From contig NW_026861243.1 of NCBI RefSeq assembly GCF_026571515.1, positions 310,001 through 374,000 of the forward strand: 64,000 nucleotides of DNA, written 5' to 3'. This stretch comes from Ruditapes philippinarum (lineage: Eukaryota). The translations under genes and the position numbers were made by a program. Below are positions 1-12,648 of this stretch, piece by piece. Below the pieces are notes generated by a model. It searched no databases. It was given only the letters and a program-made list of their open reading frames with translations, and was not told the origin of the DNA. Each line of letters begins with the position of its first letter. The stretch's first letter is position 1.

Positions 1-167
1 CAAAAACACCAGAGGCATTTTCAACAAAGACGGTAATATTTCTTATATGCAGAGATTTATGAACTTTCAAAAGATATTCACAAAAACTTTTTTTAGAATT
101 TTCGCAATGTACTTTACCTTACATTTGCGTGATTTCGCTGGTATGCCAAATTGCCAATGCACATAAA

Positions 168-210
168 TGAATGAATGAAAGAATGGATGAATAAATGAAT
201 GAATGAATGA
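168..210. repeat. (GAAT)n microsatellite, imperfect
   Basis: Repeated tgaa/gaat units visible directly. Confidence 0.8.
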
Positions 211-304
211 TATAAAAGCCAACTACAAAGCTACATGATAACTACAGCATCTCTAGCTAAATATTTCCCATATTGCCAGGCAATCATTTCTGTAAGTAAA
301 TTAC

Positions 305-526
305 CCTGTTCGGCTGTCTGTGTGCAGATTCTCAGCATAGGATCGTACGTGTTCCCATTCGGACATGATTTAACATCCATTACTCTGTCCGATAAACACA
401 TTATGTATTTCGTAGCAATGCCGCCACCGGGGATCGGATTTGCGCCGTCAGGTAGGCCGACACATGTATAGTAGGTTGCCATGCAGTTCTGCATGGTGCT
501 TCCGCCGATTGTACTTGCATATTCAC
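305..526 (-). CDS. Chitin-binding protein exon 5 (type-B module); gene may continue beyond the window or read through to a stop at 231
   Basis: Acceptor ttttag| and candidate donor g|gtaatt at 304; 222 nt, phase 1-1. CEY..NC..CVGLPDGANPIP..YIMC..CPNGNTYDP..C; homologous to exon 3. Confidence 0.82.
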
Positions 527-995
527 CTAAAATGTGACAAACGCATCTTTTAAAATATTTCTAATAAAGCCAAGCTTTAATATGATGACACTTATATTAA
601 GATCAATGCTATTTGTCTAATAAAAATATTCTGTTTTCTTAAAGACAATGAAAAGTAATTATATATTTGCATGTTTTTTTTTCTAAAGTGTTACTGATGA
701 TATTTCAGTTATATATTAACATATATTTTACCATGTTACTGCTTAAAAATTGACATGATTGTTGCTTCTCTTTTAATGGTCCTTAAACTATTTTGGCAGA
801 CACTTCTCTACGGGATAATTGGCTTGAAAGTACTTTAATAAGATTTACTTCATAAAAATTAAACAAACTGAGAACGTATACTCCATGCCAAGAACTCAAA
901 CTCTCGGATTTTATTGGATGAATTTCAAATGTTGCATTTTCGGTCTCGACACTAAGTCTTGAAAATTTAATTTAACTGCAGAATTGAAAACTTAC

Positions 996-1214
996 AAGGT
1001 GCTACGGGTTCGTATCTTGTAAGGCACTGTACTTGTTCGAAATTCTCGCACTTTGAGGTCATTTTAGAGTATAACATAGGATACGGACACTCCCCCTGGT
1101 GGCGACCTAATTCTGGATGAATTACTGCTGGGCGGCAGTCGTAAAAACGTGCGCAGTTTGCGGGGTTCGCCGTCCGCTCATTCATATGTTGAGCACAGTA
1201 TATTTCAATGGATA
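996..1214 (-). CDS. Chitin-binding protein exon 4 (type-A module)
   Basis: Acceptor tttttcag| and donor |gtaagt; 219 nt, phase 1-1. LSIEIYCAQH..NCARFYDC..ECPYPMLYS..CENFEQVQCLTRYEPVAP; clearly homologous to exon 2. Confidence 0.88.
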
Positions 1215-2027
1215 CTGAAAAATAAAAAAAGCGAAATGTTTTAATACCGAAAATTGTTAATAACGAAAAGTGTTAATAGCGAAAGGTGTTATTTAGCATA
1301 TTGATAGGGGTTTGTAAAGTTTTTATGCCTATTTTAAGTACAATTAAACATCGGCTGTCACACACTCTAACGCTTTATTGTTTAAGTGTTCACGCCTACA
1401 AATTTATGTACATTTTATTGCTATTCCTGTGCGTTATTTATGGTAAATGAATAAATTAAAAAAGAAAATAATAAACTACAACTTTGAAGTAACTGGTATT
1501 TCATGCAAAAGCACATTACCATTTTCTATCATGTTTCCATTCGCTAATAGCGTTCGACTGGATAGTTAAGGGGTTGCATTACATAAATGCAGATTGATCG
1601 TTACTTTAATATTTTGTAAGAACAGTATTTACATTTCATTTACTGCAAAAAAGGTAATCTGAATGTGGTGTAAACGTTCTCCTGATGGTGAGAGAAAGTC
1701 ACTGATTTTTGAATATGGTGATTTTAAAATAAAGTCAATTGTAGATTTAGTAGAGGACATTTGTTTGAGTAAGTGGATATCAAAAATATTTTGCTAGGAA
1801 TGAATAAAAACATGTATTTTCAAATGAGATTTTTCAATATTTAGTCAACTAGTCGTTTATGGTATACATGATGAAAAATGCAGTTACTGATATGGAATTA
1901 CCTTGACGTTATGTATATGTCTAACTACTCGCATTGTGCGCTATATTTCAATGTACAGAATGGGAACACAAATTTCATATATCACTCATTTTCAAACTGT
2001 TTTACATGACATATATATCACCTACAT

Positions 2028-2054
2028 CAGGGTCTTTCTATTTGAAAGACCCTG
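2028..2054. mobile_element. 27-bp hairpin mini-element with 7-bp direct repeat (collapsed TIR element or footprint)
   Basis: cagggtctttc-tattt-gaaagaccctg is a perfect 11-bp inverted repeat, flanked by cctacat at 2021-2027 and 2055-2061. Confidence 0.6.
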
Positions 2055-2948
2055 CCTACATATATGTTTTTAGTATCTCATCGAAATAGCATGCGATAAA
2101 AGTTATATTATGTGACATAATGTTCATCTAGATCTAACATGATTTATTTTTCTACGTAACAAATACATTAATTAGGATTTTGAACTTCCTTATTGCAGGT
2201 GTATTTTAAAAGTTCAAATTTGACAGATTATAATTCTTCTATTTTATACTAACAAGCGAAAGGTTTAAGTTTTTCGTTCACACAAATGAGGTTTATAGAG
2301 TTGCCAAGTTCATTGATGCAAGAACATTATGACATTTGAAGGAATAAACCGTATATGATTGATTCTATATCTTTTCTCTTATTTATTTTGTCTTGGTTCA
2401 TGATGCCAAATTTTCGGCATTACAGCATTTGTATCATTGAATTACTACCACCGTATTTGTTTCGCCTTCATTTTGGTTCGATATATCGCTGTCTGTGGAA
2501 GTAAAACAAATGTTTGATTTTTGTAAGGAATAATTGTTTTGAAACAAATGAACTGGAAATAAAAGACTCAATTTTTAATGGGCAAGATTGTTTTGCCAGT
2601 TTTACCTGCTATATGGATAACGCCATGTTTGTTCTCGAAATCGTGAAATTACCTATACTCAATATTGGTTTTCCAGCGGTTAAGATTAGAAATGGCATCG
2701 CTTTCATAATTGTGAAAGTTCACCGATGATTGGCTGTTTGAAAGGTCACGAGAAGGTGACCCCCTATTGGTGCCCGTCAGATCCTTATGCGTAGTGTTAA
2801 TTAGGAACTGATTTTAATCAGATTAATCATTGAATTTGACAAAGGTTGTTGGTATTTATATCATGCTTAAAAGTTGCCTCTTTAACGAATTTTTAAAGCT
2901 TTATTATTAATACTTTAAATTATTCTTAATACTTAAAAGCATACATAC

Positions 2949-3167
2949 ACATATCAAGATCTTTAGTACACATCAATTTAATTGGGTCGAACAGATCTCC
3001 ATTTGTACATGTCTGTGTGCTAATCGTTCTATTCCCTTGGCACATAAGGTAGTATTCTGTCATCAGACGGTTCGGGTAGGGATTTGGTCCGTCTGGCATA
3101 CCACTGCATCCCGGCGTGCCAATGGCCTCGCAATTAACACCGGATCCAGCGTGCTGAACATAGTCGC
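2949..3167 (-). CDS. Chitin-binding protein exon 3 (ChtBD2-like, type-B module)
   Basis: Acceptor ttttccag| and donor |gtatgt; 219 nt, phase 1-1. CDY..NC..CSGMPDGPNPYP..YYLMC..RT..CTNGDLFDP..C. Confidence 0.88.
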
Positions 3168-6054
3168 CTGGAAAAAGAAAGATGAAAAAAAAAGATGAAG
3201 TTGGTTTAAACATTCTGCTAATTAAGTTACAAACACCACATGTTAAAAAGGAAGCTCTACAAGTTTTTATTAAATTATTTATTCGTATTCTTTAAAAAAA
3301 ACTCCCCGTTATCAGTGTTTAAATGGTAATGTTATAAATATATTTACTTTACTCATGAATTCCACTGTTTATAAAATATGTCTTGTTTTTGCTGCTTTAA
3401 TTGAATAAATTGTTCATTTGCGGAAATCATATAAATGAACAAGCTGTGGAGCAATAAATGTACGATTTAATTGGAAAAAAAAACGCGGATAAACGTATTT
3501 CCGGAAATTCCCCACGTGTTTTAAATATATTTAATTATATATAATTAATTCTATTTATGGGAACGGCGTATGCATCGGACAGACAGAAGTCTAATTATAT
3601 CGTTGATGTTATTGACATGATGCGGTTTTATATCAGATTAAATTAATCCCCTACTACTTATATGCACATATTTTCCTTAGTCTCAATGACGTTACAAACA
3701 CTTTTGAATATTTATGCTGAAATTGCAAGAAAACGAATTGAACATCATCAAACTCTTTTGAGATTGTTAACATAAGTTCACTTCTTTATTATGGACACTA
3801 AAAAATATTAAACATCGAGTGACTGAAGTTTATTTTTTTATTAAATTGTACGTAATTTTCTAGTCATATGTCAAAGTTTCTTCTCGTGTTCTCGTATTTT
3901 TCTACATTTTCTGGTCAAAATGAATCACAAAAATACAAAAAGAAAACAATTTTCCGTACTGTATTTTTTTTTATAATCACGAAAAATAGTTCAAAATAAT
4001 AATTTAATACATAATGACTTTTATATTCATTTAATACGTAAAAATGTAGCAATGATACCACAGTTTCTATACCAGGCGATCAATCATTCGACCTTTTTAC
4101 TAAATGGACTATTGTGTGTCGTGCATTGCACGGCGAGATTGATAGCTGATACACCTATATAACGTTATGTGGTGATTATTTATATGACAAAAACTGAGGG
4201 GGTCATTGATTTATTAAATGTGTAAAACCATCATTTGTTTTCAGTACAAATTAAAGCGTTCTCTCTTACGTTAATGTGTCGCCAGGAAAGTATTAGAAAT
4301 GATGAACATTTTCATCGTGTGTCATTTTTTTTTCTTGCGCACCAGTTACGCGTATGAAAAATATAATTATTTTACTCATTGTTCAAGCTGTCATGCGGTT
4401 TAGTGAGTATGAATATATTTGTTTGTTTCTAAACTGTTTGTAAACATAAATATATTTTATGATCGGAATGCAACACTAATTGGTACACAATTGGGCGGTT
4501 TGCTTAAGTTTGATGCGGTTGAACGCAAACCAAAATCGTCAGCATTATAAACAATGAAAGCTGGAAGCTGTCCCTGTATTGGTTCATTTTACAATGACTT
4601 ATTCTTTCAACAATTTGACTTTATCATGCGGTAAAATGAGCTTAAATTGCAACGACACATCTTCTGACATATTCATTTGGCATGCAGGTCTGATGTTTGC
4701 AAGTCATTTTCCCACTTGCTTCAAATAAGAAAATGTATTCTAGTTCGATTGTGTAAGAAGATAACAGCTTAAAGCCACACACTCTAATCCGTTCCTTAAA
4801 CATTGATCAATGAGTGTAAAGTTTCTTTACTAACATTGTTTTTCCTTTCGCATTTACTTCAAATATAAATTTGCTTTACATTTTAGTAACATTTATTGAC
4901 TTAATTGATGCATGTATACAGCTTTAGCTTTTTAATACTAAAACGTCACATATTCTACCATATCTTACTACAGACGTTTGAAGATAATGGCTGCATGTAT
5001 TGGCTTCAAATATTGGCTTTATAAACGCATAAAATTCAGATATATATTTGATTCATAAAATGTCTTAATTAAGTGCATATTATCCTCAAGAAATGTCTTA
5101 ATTTTCATTTCTCAAAAGCTTTTTATTCTCTTCAGTTTCCAAAATGTGCTTATTGGTCAATCACCTGGACCATCTTTTCCTTCTGCTACTTTTTGGCAAT
5201 AAGTACAGTGAAAAAGATTTAAGTATTCTATATGGAAGTCAAAATGCTATTTTGTTTAGATTTGGCTTCTTTTATGACAAATTATTTCACATTTTCGCTA
5301 CATTTTTCAAGTAACAAGCATCTAACATGTTTGAAAAATATAAAACTCATATTTGCCCATTCAAAAGAAGTAAAAAATTGATGCATTAATAGTTTTCATT
5401 TTGTAAAGCAAAAACGACATTAGACTAGTTTACGCCACTTTGATATTATAGTGTTTTTTCATAAATTTAAAAAAAAAACTTTATTGCGCATGTTATAAAG
5501 TCACGTGACGAAGATATGATAATCACCGCGTGTCAAGAAAATAATTTGTCATTTATTTTGGCAGCTTATGTTGCAAGTAGTTTATTTTGTTACCAAAAGG
5601 TCGTTGTCATGATTTTGTTTGTATGCTTAATTAAATAAACAACAAACATAAACTGACAAGGATGTGAGTAAATCATTAATTACTACCATGATTTTTTTTT
5701 ATAAGATTGATAACTTTTATAAGTTTATGAGATATGGTATCATGACAACATAGATAAATCTCAAATATACAAACGCTTGTTTTTATGACGAAATAAATCA
5801 TCAAAATCTATATACAAATAAGACGCTGATTAAAATTTGCTGGAAAAATAGACATTTTCTTTCGCTTGCAATATTTTAGAATGTTATTCAACACTGTTTT
5901 ATACTAGAGTAAAATGTGTAAGCATGCAATTTAATAAAACTTGAGGATATTTGTTTTTTTCTTATAAGTACATGTACATGATTTTAACACACAGACAGGG
6001 TAGGCTTAAATCTAGGAATAACATTATAAGCAATCATCCGCGGAAGGATATCAT

Positions 6055-6297
6055 ATTTGAGCCGTGTCACGACAAAACCAACATAATGGGTTTGCGACCA
6101 GCATGGATCCAGACCAGCCTGCCCATCCGCACAGTCTGATCAGGATCCATGCTGTTCGCTATCACTTTCTATACTTGCTATAGGGTCTATAAGCGAACAG
6201 CATGGATCCTGATCAGACTGCGCGGATGCGCAGGCTGGTCTGGATCCATGCTGGTCACAAATCAATTATGTTGGTTTTGTCATGACGCGGCTCATAT
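6055..6297. mobile_element. Palindromic MITE, copy 1
   Basis: Almost fully self-complementary ~240 bp (gagccgtgtcacgacaaaaccaacata... ...tatgttggttttgtcatgacgcggctc); near-identical copy at 7125-7369. Confidence 0.85.
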
Positions 6298-6375
6298 ATA
6301 AATTGTACAAGGAGAATAAGAGACTTAATGTCTTAATATTTGGGAACAATGTATCTAGACACCATAATAACTTAC

Positions 6376-6594
6376 ATTTATTCGTTGGTGTAAACCTGTC
6401 CAAACAATTCACTATTGATCTCTCTGCGCACATATTTGTAGATGGGTTGTAAAGTTTAGGAAAGGGACATTCTTTAAGGTAGGGGCCCAGCCCCGGGGTA
6501 AATGATGCGTCCCGGCAGTCGTAGTATTGTGCACAATGATCGGGACTCTGGAAACGTATATTAGGATGGTCCAAACAGTACTTCTCAATGATAT
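6376..6594 (-). CDS. Chitin-binding protein exon 2 (ChtBD2, type-A module)
   Basis: Acceptor cttcag| and donor |gtaagt; 219 nt, phase 1-1. DIIEKYCLDHP..HCAQYYDC..ECPFPKLYN..C..VNCLDRFTPTNK. Confidence 0.88.
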
Positions 6595-7124
6595 CTGAAG
6601 ACACAAATACAAACAAAAGCAATATAAAATCAATATGACTGGTTACAAATACAGTGCAGAAAATACGACTTTTGAACTTCACTTTGAGTAAATCGTACGT
6701 ATGTATATTCTCATGTTGCCTTATATTTTCGCCAGAGGTGCACAATGTATCTACATATCTAGTTACAAATTATCAAAACATCATTAAGCAATTTGTTTAT
6801 GTCTTTTAAATCTACAGTGCACATCAAACAATTAGAAATTGGAAAAAAAGTCAAAAGCTGTTGTATCAATTTACATTAAAAGTTGCAAAAGCTTCCAAAT
6901 TACAGCCTAATTCGAAACAACTACTTTCACATCAGCTCTTTCTCATGAATCATTTCTGTTATGTAATATGAATGATACTTTACAACAACATAATTGATCA
7001 TTTTAGATATATTAAAGAAATGAATGTTAAAGGTTATTATTTGAATATTGTATTTATAAGATTTGCATAAACATTAACACAAATATTCGCAAAATGTAGC
7101 TCAGTGGGTCGATTAACCTAAAAT

Positions 7125-7369
7125 ATATGAGCCGCGTCACGACAAAACCAACATAGTGCGTTTGCGACCAGCATGGATCCAGACCAGCCTGCGCATCCGC
7201 GCAGTCTGTTCAGGATCCATGCTGTTCGCTTACCAACCCTATTCCAATAGAGAAACTGATAGCAAACAGCATCATGGATCCTGATCAGACTGCGCGGATG
7301 CGCAGGCTGGTCTGTATCCATGCTGGTCGCAAATGCATTATGTTGGTTTTATCATGGCGCGGCTCATAT
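7125..7369. mobile_element. Palindromic MITE, copy 2
   Basis: atatgagccgcg...cgcggctcatat termini; internal ggatccagaccagcctgcgcatccgcgcagtctg and its inverse. Confidence 0.85.
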
Positions 7370-7489
7370 CAAATGTCGGTAAACAAATTGGTTATGCATA
7401 TTCAGGAGACACTAAAAAATACCTTTACGCTAAAATATTTAATTTGTGTTTTTGAATGGAGACATGCCGACAGGACTTATCTATCTGCT

Positions 7490-7815
7490 GTGTAAAGCGG
7501 CACATATGTGTCGCCAAGTCTCGACGGTCTGCAAGCGTAAAGCTTAGCTCGAAAGTCAGGTATCCACTGTCTGCGGCGTAATGCGGTGAGACAACATGTG
7601 CCGCCAAGTTTGTTTCGGCGTTCTCCAGCAAATATGTGTAGCGTAAAGCAGCACAATTGTGTCAAATGTGTCTTTCTGTCTGTACCATGAAAGAACAAGA
7701 AATGTGCTAAGTTTCGACTTTCTGCAGCATAATGCGGCGCGCAAAAATGTATCGCCAACTCTAGTCTGTCTGTGGAGTAGAGAGTCAAAATTTGCTAAAT
7801 GTGTCGCTAGGCCTT
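7490..7815. repeat. Degenerate GC-richer repeat cluster
   Basis: Motif (gc)gtaa(a/t)gcgg..N..atgtgtcgccaa recurs about 4-5 times at irregular spacing. Confidence 0.5.
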
Positions 7816-9533
7816 GTCTGTTGGCAGTTTGTGTCGGCTAAGGTTCATACCGAAAAGATAGAAACTGCACATTGCACATTAAAAGGATTTAACTTCATAA
7901 AAAACGCTGTTGCCTTTACCACATATCACGTAATTTAACAAATATATATTTGTTGTCTCCAGTAAAATTTGTACATTGTTTTCTTTTTTATGACAGTTGT
8001 ATTAAGGCCTGACTTTATAAAGTATAATTGTTTGCTAACCTCCTTCAACATTACCTGAAAAAAACTTTCGACACATTACATTAGCTAGCATTGTTTTTCG
8101 TAAGTAATTTTTTCATTTTTTTGGTCTAAGTTATATCATAATTAATATAACATACTGCGATGAATCTACGCGTTTTCGTCTAATTTATCTAGTGTTTTCT
8201 TTTAACAGTTTCTTAAAAGCGCATCTGCTTATTATCTATATTCATACATTTTTTATAGTATACTTTAAAGTCAAGACAAAACCATCAACCTGAATCCGAA
8301 GAACTTGAATTATTTTTTTTGTGCGGACTATCAGAGTTCTTATGGTTCTCAAATACTTCTGCTTTGACAATGTATTTTAATCTTTGCAAATTGTAAGCAT
8401 TTGTCTATACCGGATTACGGTAATGAGTGTGGTGCTCCAACACCTTTTTGTAGTCTCAGTCAAGAATTTTCTCAGCTCAAACACAGATCTCGGGCATTTG
8501 GTTGGTCAGAATCTGTCACATGATGTACAATAAGCAATAGAATGCAATTCATGAGATTTAAAAAAGAAAAAAAAGTATAATAATATCTCGAGTCTTGATT
8601 ATGTCTACAACATCTTCAAATGTATCAAAAGAAACTCCATCAAAAGTTATTTATTCGATTTTCCCCCAAATGCATTCAAAAGGCCGAAACCAGATGAATT
8701 GCAAAAAGTTAAAAAAACGCAACAATAAATAATTGTACAATGATATCTTTGTTACACATGGTTTCGATCTAGTACAAAAGCCTTTGTGTAAAAATCTAAT
8801 TGAAAAAAACCTAAAATATAACTCAACACTGCGTTTCATTAATTTGTTTTCCATTACCATGTTTACAAACATGTTTACATTTCTAAATGCGTTTGTCGGT
8901 TTTTTTAAACTGTAGAGAAATGGAAAAAAAATCAAATGTATGATTAGATTGAGATGTCTGATTTCTCGGAAGTGTCTGCTAATTAAAGCTGCATTCCCAC
9001 ACATAGAGGTTTTAAAGTTATTGAAATAAAAGTGTCATTAATAGATAAAATTAAACCACAGATTCATACATTTACATCAGATTAGATTATTAATAAACGT
9101 ATTACTCCAAGAATAACCAGCTTTTTTTTTTAGAGTTTTCACTTATGAAACCCTGTCATGTTTGATAAATTTAATAAAATTATAGCATTATATATATGTG
9201 CAGCGGTAGTTTCATTTGTCTGAACTGAACAGCTGTTAAGATCATGCTAAATGTTTTGCTCAGGTTGGTAAAGGTCACGTGGCGGCTTGTTTGTGGAAGA
9301 TAACCCCTTCTTTATTATTTCGTTCATATTATTTCAGCCACAAACAAATATGTAGAACCTGTGACCCCCACCCACAAGCTACGCTGTTAAGACACATGGC
9401 AAAATTGGATTCAATCCTGCAGATGTGAGGAGAAAGTTTTTTTCGAGGTCATAGACCTTAGTAACTCGACTACGTAACCATCTCAAAAAGAGACAGGCAA
9501 TAATAAAATAATTGAAACAGGGCAACCAGAAAC

Positions 9534-9735
9534 TACAAAAGACCGTTGGGGGACATTTTAACTTCATGAATTCTCGATTTCACATGATCGTGAATTCATG
9601 AAGTTGAAACCGTGAATTCATGAACTTAAATCTTGAATTTGAGTGTTACGTATGTTGAAAACATGAATTCATGAAGTTAAAATTGTGAATTCACGAAGAG
9701 GAAATCTGTTGAAATGTCCCCAGCGATCTTTCGTA
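9534..9735. mobile_element. MITE with TAC..GTA termini and internal gtgaattcatgaa repeats (IS3EU-like)
   Basis: Left TIR tacaaaagaccgttggggacattt matches the right-end reverse complement tacgaaagatcgctggggacattt. Flanks agaaac/ggaaat match at 4 of 6 positions. Confidence 0.65.
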
Positions 9736-10391
9736 GGAAATAGTCTCTGACTTTTGTTTTGTTTTTGTGTTGCTATGCAACAACAAACAAATATACACCT
9801 GCTTGTATATAGCCATGCTTATTGTAAGCATTCCTGTATACTTTTGTTGAAGTCCATAATTAACATAAAATACACGGCTGAAAGTTTTTAATTTTTGTAC
9901 TTTTACCAGCTCGCCAAGTTCGTGACAAAATTTAGACTGTATTTATAACCTATCTTGTCATGTTATGTCTCACAAGGTAGTGAATTATTTCAATTAACAT
10001 GTCTCACGACTTTACAAAATCTCTACATTCTTTGTTTATTGTCGAGCCACACACTTCCGTAATAATGCACAAGGCCACACCATCGTTGTCAAAGAATTTT
10101 TGTCAAATATTTGATTTTTAATATTCATAGAAAGTTTATGACGAATTAAACTACTTTTATTTATCATGTATTAGTTTGATCTTTTTTAAATAGTATTTGT
10201 GTTCAATAATCATAGAACAAATAAAATGATCAGTGGTTCTTTTTCTGGTTACATATTGCAAACATAAAAACCGAGGCATTTATTTGATAAGCTATTAATA
10301 GTCTCTGCCCAATATGAACTAATTATCTTGATTACCGAAATAAAGTCATTTCTTGAAAAATAAAGTGTCTGATTTCCAACCAATTGATACT

Positions 10392-10450
10392 TTGTTTGTT
10401 TGGTTTGGTTTTACGGCGCACCAACACAATTTAGATCATATGGCGATGAA
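10392..10450 (-). mobile_element. SINE 3' tail fragment
   Basis: tttgtttgtttggtttggttttacggcgcacc..gatcatatggcg resembles the 3' tail of the SINE at 37946. Confidence 0.4.
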
Positions 10451-11272
10451 ACAGGAACTATGATTTTGACTAACCTCGGGTGTTACTCACTTAAAGCAAC
10501 ACCAGGGGTCAAAACCACCTCACCGGCTGAAGCTTAAAGATGCATAGAATCCAGCAATACGAACCCATTTATTCAAATTAATTTTGACGATCACGCATGG
10601 ATAAACGGTGGCTGCAATCCTGATGCCTCAGTACATAAAGACAACCCCTCGGTCCTAATGATACGATTGCAATGTAGTTGGTATGTATGATAATAAAAGT
10701 AGTGGTTGACCGGTCTTGAGTAATGCTTTCATAAGGTGAAGTTTTCAGTGTTTACAGCAATCAAATCATATCATTAAATAATAGCATATCTTTAAATAAC
10801 CATATAATATTATTGCATTCAGCAACACATGTAACCATAATATTGTTCTTGCAAGTGCTCTAGAATTGGAGATTGGAGTTGAATTTATACATAAAAAGAG
10901 TTGAATTTATATATAAAATGTATTTGTAATTATTGGTACAGCATATCTCATATTGATGTTTTATTCTTTTACAATGACACTATTTGGGAATATACAATAT
11001 AAAGCGTTTGGATCGTATCGTCACACATCCATGAAAAATGCGATGTTGAACGCTGTGCTCAGAAGTCGATGCACAACATTGCCAAAGGTATTTTATGTTA
11101 TAACTAGTCATTACTAAATAACATTGTTCATATCTAAGGATACGTGTTACTTTAACAATACTTTCGACAACATAAAACAAGCTCGACATCATGTGGTAAC
11201 AACTTGTAAAACATGTACGGTGAAACATCACTTGCACACCAACAACTGTGTAATGAATAAAACATTCCAGTG

Positions 11273-11468
11273 ACCTACTGGATTTCTGAAATGTACTTGT
11301 CCAGCTTCAATTTTTAAACTGCCATTTATCAAGTTTTGTGATATTTAGTGAAGAAATAAATAGAAGTTGGTCGGCCAATAATATAGAGTCTTGTCGGACG
11401 GTTTGGGCGTGCAGGCTGGTCTGGCTTTAGGCTAACGACTTTAAAGATTCAGGCAGGTTAGTGGTTAA
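11273..11468. mobile_element. Degenerate non-autonomous element; related copies at ~34045-34302 and ~36767-36906
   Basis: ctggatttctgaaatgtacttgtccagcttc matches the reverse complement of ~36866-36895. Internal gcaggctggtctgg is shared with the palindromic MITE. Ends in ggttaa. Confidence 0.45.
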
Positions 11469-12350
11469 TTGTTATGCCACTGACGTTGTAAACCAAATTT
11501 GATTATATTATACTCAGAATTCATTAATGTAGTTTATATGTACCCAATGATGAAATTCTTTATTTAATTAATGATGCACATATTATACCTTAAATCACCA
11601 AAGGTTAAAATAGTCTTCAGTTTTTCTTAAGGTTTATTATCAAATATGTCGACGATAAAATACATAATCAACAAAGGAAACCCTCGATACTCTATTCTAC
11701 CGGTCTGCTTTCTTTATGTAAATTAGTCAAGAGGACGATTCATTTCCCGGTCTTCTATTTTTAGAAACAAACGTCACTGACGAGTTATATATAGCTCTCG
11801 GGACGCTGTTTTGAAGAAGGCTTAACAGTGATATGATGCACTTTTCCGAGATAAAAAATATTGAAATACTTAGTTTGAAGCAACACAAAATTGTTTTTCC
11901 AGCAAATAATAAAAGCTGAATGCCGCTTTAAGCTTGTCAAGACTATTGACCTTATAAATAAATATGATGCATCACGATATTAAGAAACAAAACAAAGAAC
12001 TGTATGTTTATCTGTTAATATCGTCTGCAGAATTAATTTATCTATGTTTTTGACACGTGATGGCAACAGGGGTAGGATATGCATATGACCCTGAGATAAA
12101 TTAAGCTCTGATTCTTTAACGTGTCATTATAATTAATACTATATGTATATCACATTCTTTTACATATGATAAGGACATAATCGATTACTGTTTGAATTAG
12201 TGATAATGAATAATCATATCATATAATCAAAAACATACATAACGTTAGGGAAGAATAAATTATTCCATTGTGAAGAAAGAGCACGCGGCAACAATTAAGA
12301 CAACATGGACAAACAACCAAATTACATACATCAAATATAAGAATATTTAC

Positions 12351-12648
12351 CTTTGAGAGGAGGGCATGGCCTTGAATTATCCTTTGGCCACATACATGTT
12401 TGTGCCTCCATACTATAGTATAAGTTAGGGGGACATTCTATCCAATAAGCATCTCTCTGAGAACCTAAATTTGAACAGTGAACATATCCCGAACAATCCC
12501 AAGGTATCGCTACATAAATTTCTGGTCCAGTACAAAACGATTCTAAGAATTCATATTTTCCACGTTTCAATCTGGCTTCTATTGTCACTGATAAAACTAA
12601 GACACAAAGCACGAAAATCCGTGCAAGAAAACACTGGAACCCCGCCAT
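12351..12648 (-). CDS. Chitin-binding type-2 (peritrophin-A/CBM14) multi-domain secreted protein, coding exon 1 (signal peptide + first ChtBD2)
   Basis: ATG at 12648 follows the acceptor tttccag|g, implying an upstream UTR exon. Hydrophobic signal MAGFQCFLARIFVLCVLVLSVTIEA, then RLKR. Six-Cys domain CTGP..DCSGYVHC..ECPPNLYYS..TCMWP..C. Donor aag|gtaaat at 12350, phase 1. Confidence 0.88.

Noticed and set aside
5951-7495. Short ORFs such as MDPDQTARMRRLV
   Set aside because: Derived from the palindromic MITEs.
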